Shown piece after piece: positions 12,538 through 21,650 of a stretch of 25,445 nt of DNA. Source of the stretch: Bacillota bacterium. GTDB taxonomy: Bacteria; Bacillota; UBA4882; UBA8346. The first letter of the stretch is position 1. Every line of letters begins with the position of its first letter. The translations under genes and the position numbers were made by a program. The stretch lies in the NCBI GenBank assembly GCA_028282485.1, contig JANQHU010000414.1, forward strand, positions 1-25,445. Direction: 5' to 3'. The notes under the pieces are model-generated. The model saw nothing but the letters and a program-made list of their open reading frames with translations, searched no databases and had not been told where the DNA came from.

Positions 12538-12756
12538 ATGGGAAAACAGGATGTAATCGAAGTCGAAGGAACTGTGATTGAGCCACTACCAAATGCTATG
12601 TTTCGAGTAGAACTGGAAAACGGACATAAAATTTTGGCGCATATTTCCGGAAAAATGCGGATGAATTTCATTAAAATTTTGTCTGGAGATCGAGTTACGG
12701 TGGAGCTTTCGGCTTATGATTTAACCAGAGGCCGGATTATTTATCGCTATAAATAA
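12538..12756 (+). CDS. infA: Translation initiation factor IF-1
   Basis: [20 protein letters not shown] and YDLTRGRI motifs. Confidence 0.99.
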   Translation: MGKQDVIEVEGTVIEPLPNAMFRVELENGHKILAHISGKMRMNFIKILSGDRVTVELSAYDLTRGRIIYRYK

Positions 12757-12831
12757 AAAAGACTTACTTTATCTGGGTTGCGGTAAGTCGCCCTTTCTTC
12801 AAGATAAAAATGAAAATAAGGAGGATTTCAC

Positions 12832-12945
12832 ATGAAGGTTAGGCCATCTGTGAAGCCAATATGTGAACACTGTAAAATTATCAAGCGTAAAGGTTGCATA
12901 ATGGTTATTTGCGAAAATCCTAAACATAAACAAAAGCAAGGTTAA
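12832..12945 (+). CDS. rpmJ: 50S ribosomal protein L36 (37 aa; missing from the ORF track)
   Basis: Manual translation [37 protein letters not shown]; SD AAGGAGG upstream. Confidence 0.98.
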   Translation: MKVRPSVKPICEHCKIIKRKGCIMVICENPKHKQKQG

Positions 12946-12989
12946 AAAGTATGTTAAACAATATCAGATATTTTAAGGAGGTATACTAA

Positions 12990-13361
12990 ATGGCACGTAT
13001 AGCTGGAGTAGATTTGCCTCGAGAAAAACGAGTTGAAATCTCTTTAACCTATATTTACGGACTTGGCCGTACTGCTGCTAATGAAGTTTTAGTAAAGACA
13101 GGCATTAATCCGGATACTCGAGTACGTGACTTGACCGAAGAAGAGATTAATAAGTTACGCGAGGTCATTGATCAAGACTATAAGGTTGAGGGAGATTTAC
13201 GGCGCGAAGAAGGTCTAAATATTAAAAGATTGATTGAAATCAGCTGTTATCGCGGGATAAGACATCGGAGAGGTTTACCGGTGCGCGGGCAACGGTCTAA
13301 AACTAATGCTCGGACTCGAAAAGGTCCGAAAAGAACAGTTGGAGCAAAAAGAAAGAAATAA
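12990..13361 (+). CDS. rpsM: 30S ribosomal protein S13
   Basis: [25 protein letters not shown] and NARTRKG motifs. Confidence 0.99.
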   Translation: MARIAGVDLPREKRVEISLTYIYGLGRTAANEVLVKTGINPDTRVRDLTEEEINKLREVIDQDYKVEGDLRREEGLNIKRLIEISCYRGIRHRRGLPVRGQRSKTNARTRKGPKRTVGAKRKK

Positions 13362-13378
13362 AAGGGGGTTAATTTAAT

Positions 13379-13780
13379 ATGGCAAAACCAGCTGCTAAAA
13401 GAGGAGCTCGCGTTCGGCGAAAAGAACGTAAGCATATAGATAGCGGAATGGCACATATTCATTCAACGTTTAATAATACAATTGTGACGCTTACTGATCC
13501 CGTCGGTAATGTTATTTCTTGGGCAAGTGCTGGCAATATGGGATTTAAAGGTTCTCGAAAGAGTACACCCTTTGCTGCCGGAATGGCAGCCGAAGAAGCG
13601 GCGCGTCAAGCGATGGAACATGGGATGAAAAGTATTGAAGTTTTTGTGAAAGGGCCTGGATCAGGAAGAGAGGCAGCGATTCGCTCTTTACAAGCGGCCG
13701 GATTGGTAATTAACATGATTAAAGATGTAACACCAATTCCACATAATGGTTGTCGTCCACCCAAACGTCGTCGGGTATAA
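13379..13780 (+). CDS. rpsK: 30S ribosomal protein S11
   Basis: [16 protein letters not shown] and [12 protein letters not shown] motifs. Confidence 0.99.
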   Translation: MAKPAAKRGARVRRKERKHIDSGMAHIHSTFNNTIVTLTDPVGNVISWASAGNMGFKGSRKSTPFAAGMAAEEAARQAMEHGMKSIEVFVKGPGSGREAAIRSLQAAGLVINMIKDVTPIPHNGCRPPKRRRV

Positions 13781-13803
13781 TTCTAGGAGGTGTTAAAAAG
13801 TTA

Positions 13804-14436
13804 ATGGCAAGATATAATGGAGCTGTATGTCGCTTATGTCGGCGTGAAAACGAAAAGCTTTATTTAAAAGGTGAAAGATGTTATACTAATAAATGTGGTA
13901 TAGTCCGAAGAGGTTTTGCCCCAGGGCAACACGGGCAAGGACAAATGCGTAAAAAACAAACGGAATACGGATTACAGTTAAGAGAAAAACAAAAATTACG
14001 GCGTACCTACGGAATCTTAGAAAAGCAATTTGCCAATTATTTTGTAATTGCTGACCGTAAAAAAGGCATTACCGGTGAGAATTTATTACAGATTTTAGAA
14101 CAAAGATTAGATAACGTAATTTATCGCTTAGGCTTAGGAGTATCTCGCAAGGAAGCTCGTCAATTAGTTTTACACGGACATTTTTTAGTTAATGGTAAAA
14201 AAGCAAATATTCCCTCTTTTTTGGTTAAAATTGGTGATGTGATCACTATCAAAGAAAAGAGCCTAAGCTCACCGAAGATTAAAGAGTTAATTGAAATTTC
14301 TAATACTCGTACTGTCCCAGAATGGATTGAATATGATACCAACACTCATGTTGCTAAAATCAAAGCATTACCGCTGAGAGAGCAGATTGACATTCCGGTA
14401 AAAGAACACTTGATTGTTGAGTTATATTCTAAATAG
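13804..14436 (+). CDS. rpsD: 30S ribosomal protein S4 (start corrected from ORF track 13750), Cys-rich Zn-type N-terminus
   Basis: MARY...CRLCRR...C...C, PGQHG and [10 protein letters not shown] motifs; SD AGGAGG at 13785-13790. Confidence 0.98.
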   Translation: MARYNGAVCRLCRRENEKLYLKGERCYTNKCGIVRRGFAPGQHGQGQMRKKQTEYGLQLREKQKLRRTYGILEKQFANYFVIADRKKGITGENLLQILEQRLDNVIYRLGLGVSRKEARQLVLHGHFLVNGKKANIPSFLVKIGDVITIKEKSLSSPKIKELIEISNTRTVPEWIEYDTNTHVAKIKALPLREQIDIPVKEHLIVELYSK

Positions 14437-14508
14437 TAAATCGTATTAAGGATATATAAAGAATTTATACCAGAGCGGATCGCTAGTAGCGAGAAGGAGG
14501 GTTAGTTA

Positions 14509-15456
14509 TTGATCGAGATTGAAAAGCCCAAAATTGTCCTTGAGAAAACCGAAGAACCAGAAGTATATGGGGTATTTGTTGTGGAACCTCTAGAAAGAGG
14601 ATATGGAACTACCCTGGGCAATTCTTTGCGTCGGATCCTTCTTTCATCTCTTCCGGGGTATGCAGTAACTGCTGTAAAAATCGACAGTGCCTTACATGAG
14701 TTTTCTACGATTCCGGGAGTTGTTGAGGATACCACCGATATTATCTTAAATTTAAAACAATTATTAATTAAGGTGCACGGGGATTGTCCTACCAAGGCTT
14801 ATTTAAATATTCAAGAAGAAAAGATTGTTACTGCAGCTGATATCCAAGCAAGTAGTGAAATTGAGATCTTAAATCCTGATTTGTATATTGCAACAGTTTC
14901 TAGTGGCGGTTCCCTTAATGTGGAACTTACCATTGATCGGGGGCGGGGTTATGTTTCCGTTGAACGTAATAAAAACGCGGAGAATGTAATTGGGGTTATT
15001 GCTGTTGACGCCAGTTTTTCACCAGTCAAAAAAGTTAATTATTACGTGGAGCATACTCGCGTGGGACAGATTACCGATTATGATAAACTGATCTTAGAAG
15101 TATCGACCGACGGGAGTATTACTCCTATCGAAGCTGTTTCGTTAACTGCCAAAATTATTAACGAACATTTGATGTTATTTGTAAATTTAAGTCAAACAGT
15201 AGGTAGTACCGAGATTATGGTTGAAAAGGAAGAAGAAAAGAAAGACCGGATTTTGGAAATGACTATTGAAGAATTAGATTTATCGGTAAGATCATATAAT
15301 TGTTTAAAACGAGCAGGGATCAATACAGTTGAAGAATTAACCAAAAGAAGTGAAGAGGACATGATAAAAGTCCGTAATTTAGGTCGTAAATCACTTGAAG
15401 AAGTGCAGCAAAAAATAGCTAGCTTAAATCTTGCCTTAAGAAGAACGGAAGATTAA
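14509..15456 (+). CDS. rpoA: RNA polymerase alpha subunit (TTG start)
   Basis: [22 protein letters not shown] and alpha-[16 protein letters not shown]...NLGRKS motifs. Confidence 0.99.
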   Translation: MIEIEKPKIVLEKTEEPEVYGVFVVEPLERGYGTTLGNSLRRILLSSLPGYAVTAVKIDSALHEFSTIPGVVEDTTDIILNLKQLLIKVHGDCPTKAYLNIQEEKIVTAADIQASSEIEILNPDLYIATVSSGGSLNVELTIDRGRGYVSVERNKNAENVIGVIAVDASFSPVKKVNYYVEHTRVGQITDYDKLILEVSTDGSITPIEAVSLTAKIINEHLMLFVNLSQTVGSTEIMVEKEEEKKDRILEMTIEELDLSVRSYNCLKRAGINTVEELTKRSEEDMIKVRNLGRKSLEEVQQKIASLNLALRRTED

Positions 15457-15499
15457 AAATAGCCTTTAATTTGCTAGTTTAGCTAGGAGGAAGTCGAAA

Positions 15500-15838
15500 A
15501 TGCTAAAAAGAAAATTAGGAAGAAGAATTGGACAACGTAAAGCTTTGTTTCGAAATTTGGTGACATCATTATTTAAATACGAAAAAATTGAAACAACCGA
15601 GATAAAAGCTAAAGAAATTCGTTCCAAAGCTGAAAAATTAATTACTTTTGCTAAAAATGGAAGTTTAACTGCCCGCAGAGAAGCGGCCAAAATGCTTAAC
15701 GAACCAGCAGTTTTACAGAAATTATTTGAAGATATTGGGCCAAGATATACTGAACGTCCGGGTGGTTATACCAGAATATTAAAAATGGGTCCCCGGCGCG
15801 GAGATGCAGCACCAATGGTAATTATTGAATTGGTATAA
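15500..15838 (+). CDS. rplQ: 50S ribosomal protein L17
   Basis: [14 protein letters not shown] and RPGGYTRI...RRGDAAPM motifs. Confidence 0.99.
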   Translation: MLKRKLGRRIGQRKALFRNLVTSLFKYEKIETTEIKAKEIRSKAEKLITFAKNGSLTARREAAKMLNEPAVLQKLFEDIGPRYTERPGGYTRILKMGPRRGDAAPMVIIELV

Positions 15839-15863
15839 TTTGATGACTAAAAATTTTAATTAA

Positions 15864-15910
15864 AAGGGCCGTTTGGAATAAAAACCATGATCGGCCCTTG
15901 TATTTTATTT
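15864..15910 (+). terminator. Probable intrinsic terminator or attenuator after rplQ
   Basis: AAGGGCCG (15864-15871) pairs with CGGCCCTT (15892-15899), inner TGG/CCA pairing, followed by GTATTTTATTT. Confidence 0.65.
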
Positions 15911-15936
15911 ATCAAGAAAAATGGTTGGTGAATATT

Positions 15937-16686
15937 TTGGAGCCACTGGTTACTAAAAATATCAAAATGATTATTGCTTATGAAGGGACCAATTATGCGG
16001 GATTTCAACGTCAGAAAAATGGGCAAACTATTCAAGGAACCATTGAAACTGCTCTGCAACAACTAACAGGGGAAAAAATCACACTTATTGGTGCTGGTCG
16101 AACCGATGCTGGAGTACATGCCGCCGGACAAGCTATTAATTTCTTTACCAAAACTCGCATACCCACCGAACGTCTCAAACCGGCCTTAAATAGGATTATT
16201 CCGCCTGATATTTTAATTAGAGAAGTCTGGGAAGTAAGTCCCACTTTTCACGCTCGCTACTCAGCTATATCAAAAACCTATTCCTATAACATACATACTA
16301 ATTACGAACGTCCTCTATTTAGGAGGAATTTTGTTTATCACTATAAATATTCTTTAAGTCTGGCAGAAATGAAGCAAGCGGGAAGGTTTTTAATTGGTAC
16401 ACATGATTTTAAATGCTTTCAAGCTACTGGTAATCAAGTGAAGACGACCGTCCGAACCATTAATTACTGTGAGATTACCAAAAAGGAGAATGAAATAACC
16501 ATCACGATTAATGCTGATGGGTTTTTATACCATATGGTGCGCAATATAGTGGGGACGTTAATCCTGGTGGGAAACCAGCGCCTGTCTCTCTCTGACTTTC
16601 AGAGAATAATGAATCAAAAAGATCGTTCCCTAGCTGGTCCTACAGCCCCCGCATGTGGCTTATCACTGGTTGAAGTTTTTTATTAA
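15937..16686 (+). CDS. truA: tRNA pseudouridine(38-40) synthase TruA (start uncertain; TTG 15937 preferred)
   Basis: IAYEGTNYAGFQ, catalytic GRTDAGVHA, FLYHMVRNIVG and TAPACGL motifs; GGTGA SD-like element 5 nt before TTG 15937. Confidence 0.95.
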   Translation: MEPLVTKNIKMIIAYEGTNYAGFQRQKNGQTIQGTIETALQQLTGEKITLIGAGRTDAGVHAAGQAINFFTKTRIPTERLKPALNRIIPPDILIREVWEVSPTFHARYSAISKTYSYNIHTNYERPLFRRNFVYHYKYSLSLAEMKQAGRFLIGTHDFKCFQATGNQVKTTVRTINYCEITKKENEITITINADGFLYHMVRNIVGTLILVGNQRLSLSDFQRIMNQKDRSLAGPTAPACGLSLVEVFY

Positions 16687-16707
16687 CTATAAAGTATGGA
16701 GTGAAGA

Positions 16708-18885
16708 ATGAAAAAAAACTTCTGTTATAAAATGCTTTTCGGCTGCTTAATGATTTGCATATGCATTAGCAGTGCTATGGCTAAGGAAAAAAAACTAACT
16801 GACAAAAATGAATCAGCCCCAATTATCATTATTGCGGTTGATCAAGTTAGTAGTTATCAAATATATAGTAAAGAATTACCGGGGCTGCAAAGATTTTTGG
16901 CCGAAAGTGCCTGTGGCTTAATGAATATTCGTTCTCTGGCGGGTTATACCGGTACCAGTGGCTATTTAACTCTAAGTGGAGGCAAGCGGGCTTACAATAA
17001 CATTAATTCCGGAATTACTTTTTATCCCGAGGAAGAATTAAAACAAGGAACTGCCCGGAATTATTATGAGTGGCTTAATGGCAGAGAGATTAAAAAAAAT
17101 TCGGAAAAAGTAATTATACCAGAAATCTCCTTCTTAACGAAGTCTAAATCTACTCAAGCAAATCCTGATACCTATGGTCTTCTGGGAAGCAGGATGAGAA
17201 ATAAGGGTTGGAAGACTATTGTAATTGGCGATTTAGATACTAATAATAAAAAGAAACGACCGGGGGGATTAATCTTAACTGATCAAGACGGAGTTCTTGA
17301 TCAAGGTTATTTTGGAGGTCTGGTTAATGAAAAAGCTCGAGATTTTCCTTATGAATATCGTTTGAATATCCCGCAAGTAATTAAGATTATGAAAAAGCAT
17401 ACTTTACCAAAGCAGCTTATTCTCGTTGATTTTACTGATTTTGCCCGATTACAAACCAGCTATAAAGATATTTTGCCCAAACAATATGAGAAACTGCTGA
17501 CCACTACCTGGCTCAGATTTGATTTTTTTTTGCAAAAAGTTTTAGAGAGCTGGTCCCCAAAAGAAGCCACCATAATTTTAATTACCCCCTCAATAGCGCG
17601 GTATACCCAGCTTAAAAATGATAGTTTAGGATTGATGGCTATCCGCAGCCAGGGTATGCCTCCCGGCTTGATTAAATCAGGAACAACAAACTGGGAGGGC
17701 TTAGTAGCTAATGTGGATTTTCTGCCGACCATTTTACAAATGGCCCAGCTTGAATTAAGTACCTCTATTGCCGGGCGAAGAATTGAAGCTTTAGAAAAAA
17801 CTAATCATCTGGCTTATTTAAGGAAACTAAATCAAAAAATTATCACTGTATTTGGGAGTTATCGAAATCTACTAAACCTTTACATAACTATTGTAAATAT
17901 TGTTTGGCTAGCCTTTTTAGCAGCTTTATTTTGGCGACGGGGGTGGTGGGCTAAAGGGCTCTTACTTCTGACTTATAGTATACCCCTCGCCTTGCTGATC
18001 ATGCCTTTATTACCAAAAAGTTGTTGGAATGAATGGGGGTTAGTCGGGTTATTCCTTAGCTTACTCATCATTTCGATAAGATTTAAAAATTTTTACCATC
18101 AATACTTAGGACTAACCTTACTCTTTTGGTTAGTAATCGTAATCGATCAATTAACTGGTTGGCAATTAATTCGTTTTTCCCCTCTGGGCTATAGTCCCAT
18201 TTATGGTTCCCGATATTACGGAATTGGTAACGAATACATGGGGATTTTTTTGGCAAACTCTTTAATATTGAGCCATTTACTTTATAATTATTTTTGGCCC
18301 AAAAAGGAAGTAGTGGTAGCTGTTTTAGGAATATCAGTTTGTATCTTAGGCTGGCCGGGGTTAGGGGTTAATTTTGGGGGTACTTTAGCAGCCTTAATTG
18401 GTTTTTCATTTTATATTTTTAGATTATATAATTTCAAGTGGTTCACAAGTCAAAAAGCAGGGCTGGTGTTTTTAGTATTTTTCGGATTGATCATGTTGGT
18501 GGGTCTTTTTGATAGTCTTCGGCCGACCGAAAGTCAAACTCATTTTGGTAAATTTTTTCAAATGATACTTTTGAATAACCAAGGGGAAATTTGGCAAATA
18601 ATTTTCCGCAAGTTACAGATGAATTTCAAACTGTTGCTCTTTAGTGCGTGGACCCGGGTAATTCTCTTAGCAGGATTAGTGAGTTTGGTGGTTAAATATT
18701 ACTTCAAAAAAAATTTTGGGGAAGAGGGAGAAAGGTTACTTCCAGCTGCTATTTTAGTTTCTGGAGGAGCCGCCTTTTTTTTGAATGATTCCGGAGTAGT
18801 TGCCTTTGGGACTTGTTTAAGTTATGGTTTTTCCTTTTTGTTAGCTTTTTTATTAGAAAAAAACCAAATAAAAAAGGAGTCTTAA
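16708..18885 (+). CDS. Uncharacterised 725-aa envelope protein: signal peptide, extracytoplasmic alkaline-phosphatase-superfamily-like domain, about 11 C-terminal TM segments
   Basis: Long ORF with SD GGAG; N-terminal signal-like sequence; IIIIAVD and GLVANVDFLPTIL motifs; hydrophobic C-terminal half with SRYYGIGNEYMG, GVNFGG, THFG and NDSG. Function is inferred, not recognised. Confidence 0.7.
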   Translation: MKKNFCYKMLFGCLMICICISSAMAKEKKLTDKNESAPIIIIAVDQVSSYQIYSKELPGLQRFLAESACGLMNIRSLAGYTGTSGYLTLSGGKRAYNNINSGITFYPEEELKQGTARNYYEWLNGREIKKNSEKVIIPEISFLTKSKSTQANPDTYGLLGSRMRNKGWKTIVIGDLDTNNKKKRPGGLILTDQDGVLDQGYFGGLVNEKARDFPYEYRLNIPQVIKIMKKHTLPKQLILVDFTDFARLQTSYKDILPKQYEKLLTTTWLRFDFFLQKVLESWSPKEATIILITPSIARYTQLKNDSLGLMAIRSQGMPPGLIKSGTTNWEGLVANVDFLPTILQMAQLELSTSIAGRRIEALEKTNHLAYLRKLNQKIITVFGSYRNLLNLYITIVNIVWLAFLAALFWRRGWWAKGLLLLTYSIPLALLIMPLLPKSCWNEWGLVGLFLSLLIISIRFKNFYHQYLGLTLLFWLVIVIDQLTGWQLIRFSPLGYSPIYGSRYYGIGNEYMGIFLANSLILSHLLYNYFWPKKEVVVAVLGISVCILGWPGLGVNFGGTLAALIGFSFYIFRLYNFKWFTSQKAGLVFLVFFGLIMLVGLFDSLRPTESQTHFGKFFQMILLNNQGEIWQIIFRKLQMNFKLLLFSAWTRVILLAGLVSLVVKYYFKKNFGEEGERLLPAAILVSGGAAFFLNDSGVVAFGTCLSYGFSFLLAFLLEKNQIKKES

Positions 18886-18894
18886 GTGACTCCT
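18861..18894 (-). terminator. Intrinsic terminator of the minus-strand GH57 operon, overlapping both convergent stop codons
   Basis: AGGAGTC (18875-18881) pairs with GACTCCT (18888-18894), 6-nt loop; on the minus strand it is followed by TTTTTATTTGGTTT. Confidence 0.7.
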
Positions 18895-20506
18895 AAATTG
18901 CTAAAGCGGCTTCAGTTTTTGCTAGTTGTGGGCTATAAATGCGATAATCTATATTTGGAAAAAGATTATCAAGACCTTCTAATTTATTGAGATAGGCAGG
19001 ATCAATGCGATTATATTTAATTTGGTCGTAAAGTTTGTGAAAACGATTTAAATGAGTTTTAGTTCTTTTAACAGCATAATCGACCATAGTGCCAGTTTTC
19101 ATAATAAAAGCCCAGTCGCTGCTTTGCAGTAGTAAAACTTCCCGTGCGGCCTGGTTTAGTGCCCTGGCCAGATCACCATGAGCCTCGGGAAATAAAGTAG
19201 CTAATTCAACCATGCGATCAGCAGCTTTATGTAAATGGCGGTAGATCCAATCATTACTTCCCTCTAACCAGACTTCATTATACCCCCGATATCCCCAACT
19301 TGACTGGGAAGGAACTGAAACCTGGTTTTTAGGATAGATTTCTAAATAATCACCAGGAGTAATTAATTTAATAACAGATTGATCAAAGGTAATCTTGCGA
19401 ATTAAATAATCTAACCATTGGGGGCCTTCAAACCACCAGTGCCCAAATAACTCGGCATCATAAGGGGAGATTATTATGGGTTTGCGATCTATAATCCCCG
19501 CTAAATGTTCAATTTGTTTTTCGCGATTAAACATAAAATTACCGGCATGAAGGGCCGCTTGTTCGCGAGCTAAATGTGGATTATAGGGTTGTTTGGCCAT
19601 ATCTCTACCGGTAATCCGGAAATACTTAATTCCCGTGGAAGCGCGAATTCCACTAGAAGGAAGATGGGGTTTTAAATATTCATAATCCAGATCATAGCCG
19701 ATATCACGATAAAACTCACGGTATTGAGGATCCCCGGGATATCCTTCGTTAGCACTCCAGACTTGCTTTGACGATCCTAAATCCCGGCCAAAAGCTGCTA
19801 CTCCCGAAGGAGAGTAAAGGGGAGCAAAGATGCCGTATTTGGGCCGGGGCGAAGCAAAAAAGATACCATGAGCATCTAAGAAAAAGAAACGTAAGCCTTC
19901 TTCTTTTAAAAACTGATCATGGCCGGGTTGATAAGCACATTCTGGAAGCCAAATACCCCTTGGCTTACTTCCCAGACTCTCGGTATGGTTTTTCACGGCC
20001 ATTCTTATTTGAGCTTTGACGGCAGTTTCGTTAAGCATTAGCGGTAAATACCCATGAGTGGCCCCACAAGTAATGATTTCCACATTGCCGGAGTTTTGGG
20101 CTTCCCGAAAAGCATTTATTAAATTACAACGATATTTTTCGGCAAAAAAATAGCGGCAAAATTGAAAATGTTCGTGATACATTAAAGCTACCTCATGAAA
20201 TTCAGGTAGCCACTTGGTTCGTTCCACTTCTTTGGCAGCAAGCTCAATCAGGCTCTCCAGTTTTTTTAAGTATCTTTGCTGTAAAAGTTCATCACCAAGC
20301 ATTGCCAGTAAAGGGGGAGAAAGACTCATAGTAATGCGAAACTTAATCCCATCAGCAGCTAGGTTTTCAAATACTCTTAATAGGGGAATATAAGTTTCGG
20401 AAATAGCTTCAAATAACCAGTCTTCTTCTAAAAAATCCGGATATTCCGGATGCCGGACATAAGGCAAATGGGCATGTAAAACCAGGGACAAATATCCTTT
20501 TTCCAT
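18893..20506 (-). CDS. GH57-family 1,4-alpha-glucan branching enzyme with DUF1957 C-terminal domain (start corrected from ORF track 20515)
   Basis: LHAHLPY, WLPEC (nucleophile Glu), PYDAELFGHWWFEG (acid/base Asp) and LLQSSDWAF motifs; SD GAGGAG 8 nt before ATG at 20506. Confidence 0.95.
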   Translation of the reverse strand: MEKGYLSLVLHAHLPYVRHPEYPDFLEEDWLFEAISETYIPLLRVFENLAADGIKFRITMSLSPPLLAMLGDELLQQRYLKKLESLIELAAKEVERTKWLPEFHEVALMYHEHFQFCRYFFAEKYRCNLINAFREAQNSGNVEIITCGATHGYLPLMLNETAVKAQIRMAVKNHTESLGSKPRGIWLPECAYQPGHDQFLKEEGLRFFFLDAHGIFFASPRPKYGIFAPLYSPSGVAAFGRDLGSSKQVWSANEGYPGDPQYREFYRDIGYDLDYEYLKPHLPSSGIRASTGIKYFRITGRDMAKQPYNPHLAREQAALHAGNFMFNREKQIEHLAGIIDRKPIIISPYDAELFGHWWFEGPQWLDYLIRKITFDQSVIKLITPGDYLEIYPKNQVSVPSQSSWGYRGYNEVWLEGSNDWIYRHLHKAADRMVELATLFPEAHGDLARALNQAAREVLLLQSSDWAFIMKTGTMVDYAVKRTKTHLNRFHKLYDQIKYNRIDPAYLNKLEGLDNLFPNIDYRIYSPQLAKTEAALAI

Positions 20507-20538
20507 AAAAGTCACTCCTCAAATTAGATTCAGTTAGC

Positions 20539-21591
20539 TTAGATAGTTTTTTTATTGACAATAGGTGTAATCGTAATATTATCTACTCCATCTGCAGAAT
20601 GCCCGGTAACCGGTATTTCTTGAGTACCATCCGGTAAAGCAAAACGTAAAGTGAAGCTTCCGTCCGGCCTTAGTTTAATAGGCTCGCCCTGGATAAAAAC
20701 TGAAGCATCTGGTTCGGTAGCCCCATAAACTATTAATTCGGTATTGACTACCAACCAAAATTTGCGTTTTTGGGTAATGCCTTCTGCTGGTCCGGCAAAA
20801 CTACTAACGGCACCGGAACCCATTTCTTTTTCCAAGCGAGAGATTAATGATTCTACCAATTCGGCAGAACTATTACCTAAAATACCGCCTCCTAAACGGT
20901 AAAGATTTTGATAATCTTTTTCAATACTCATCCATTCCTCATCAATAACTTCGGAAATGTTATCACGAGGAGTGGTCACAAAATTGGAACGGGCAATGGT
21001 GTAAAAGAGACCATTGTCCTGAATAAAACCAAGATCAACGCAAAAGGTGCGATTGGGACCATTAACATTAATATACCAGTTAAAAATATCATGTCCAATA
21101 TTAACATCAAAAAAATAGTTTGACTCGGTTCCGGTAAAATTATGGAGATTAGTGATATCATGGACACGTAAAACTAACTGAATTTGATGCCAGGGTTTAA
21201 TATGATTGGAGATAAAATTCTTAGTCTCTCCGTTAATACTCCAGTAAGTATAAAGCCAGTAAGGATCCCGAACCATTAAGGCAATTCGAGTATCATCGTA
21301 TTCCGGTAACGTTGTTGCTTCTTGCTGCTCCTGGTCTACCGTAACCCCGGAATAATGGTTTTCAATAGTCGCAGTTTGGTATGCTAGCTTATCTGACCCG
21401 CCCAGGATATTCTGTAAATGTTGAGATATTTCCATTTCTTGAACGGGATTTGCTGAAAATGGCGGATCCAAAAGCAAGATTTGCTCGATAAGATCATCCC
21501 GGTTTAATTTTGAGATACTTTTGATTCCTAGAGCTCGGGCGATCTCTACTAAATCTTGTTTGTTTTTTCCCGCCAATTCCTCTCGGGTCAT
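20539..21591 (-). CDS. DUF4912 domain protein with N-terminal Rho_N-like helical domain and C-terminal Ig-like domain (start corrected from ORF track 21633)
   Basis: KQDLVEIARALGIKSISKLNRDDLIEQI (Rho_N-like); LMVRDPYWLYTYW, WYI and RSNFVTTP (DUF4912); ELIVYGATEPDA...PDGSF; SD AGGAGGA upstream of ATG 21591. Confidence 0.88.
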   Translation of the reverse strand: MTREELAGKNKQDLVEIARALGIKSISKLNRDDLIEQILLLDPPFSANPVQEMEISQHLQNILGGSDKLAYQTATIENHYSGVTVDQEQQEATTLPEYDDTRIALMVRDPYWLYTYWSINGETKNFISNHIKPWHQIQLVLRVHDITNLHNFTGTESNYFFDVNIGHDIFNWYINVNGPNRTFCVDLGFIQDNGLFYTIARSNFVTTPRDNISEVIDEEWMSIEKDYQNLYRLGGGILGNSSAELVESLISRLEKEMGSGAVSSFAGPAEGITQKRKFWLVVNTELIVYGATEPDASVFIQGEPIKLRPDGSFTLRFALPDGTQEIPVTGHSADGVDNITITPIVNKKTI

Positions 21592-21650
21592 TTTATTCCT
21601 CCTTCCTAAAACTTTTAAAAGCCATAAATTCAATCGTTAAATTGCTTTTA

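Noticed and set aside
14480-14492. TCGCTA-G-TAGCGA dyad before the rpoA SD
   Set aside because: Only a 5-bp stem that does not cover the SD; not distinguishable from chance.
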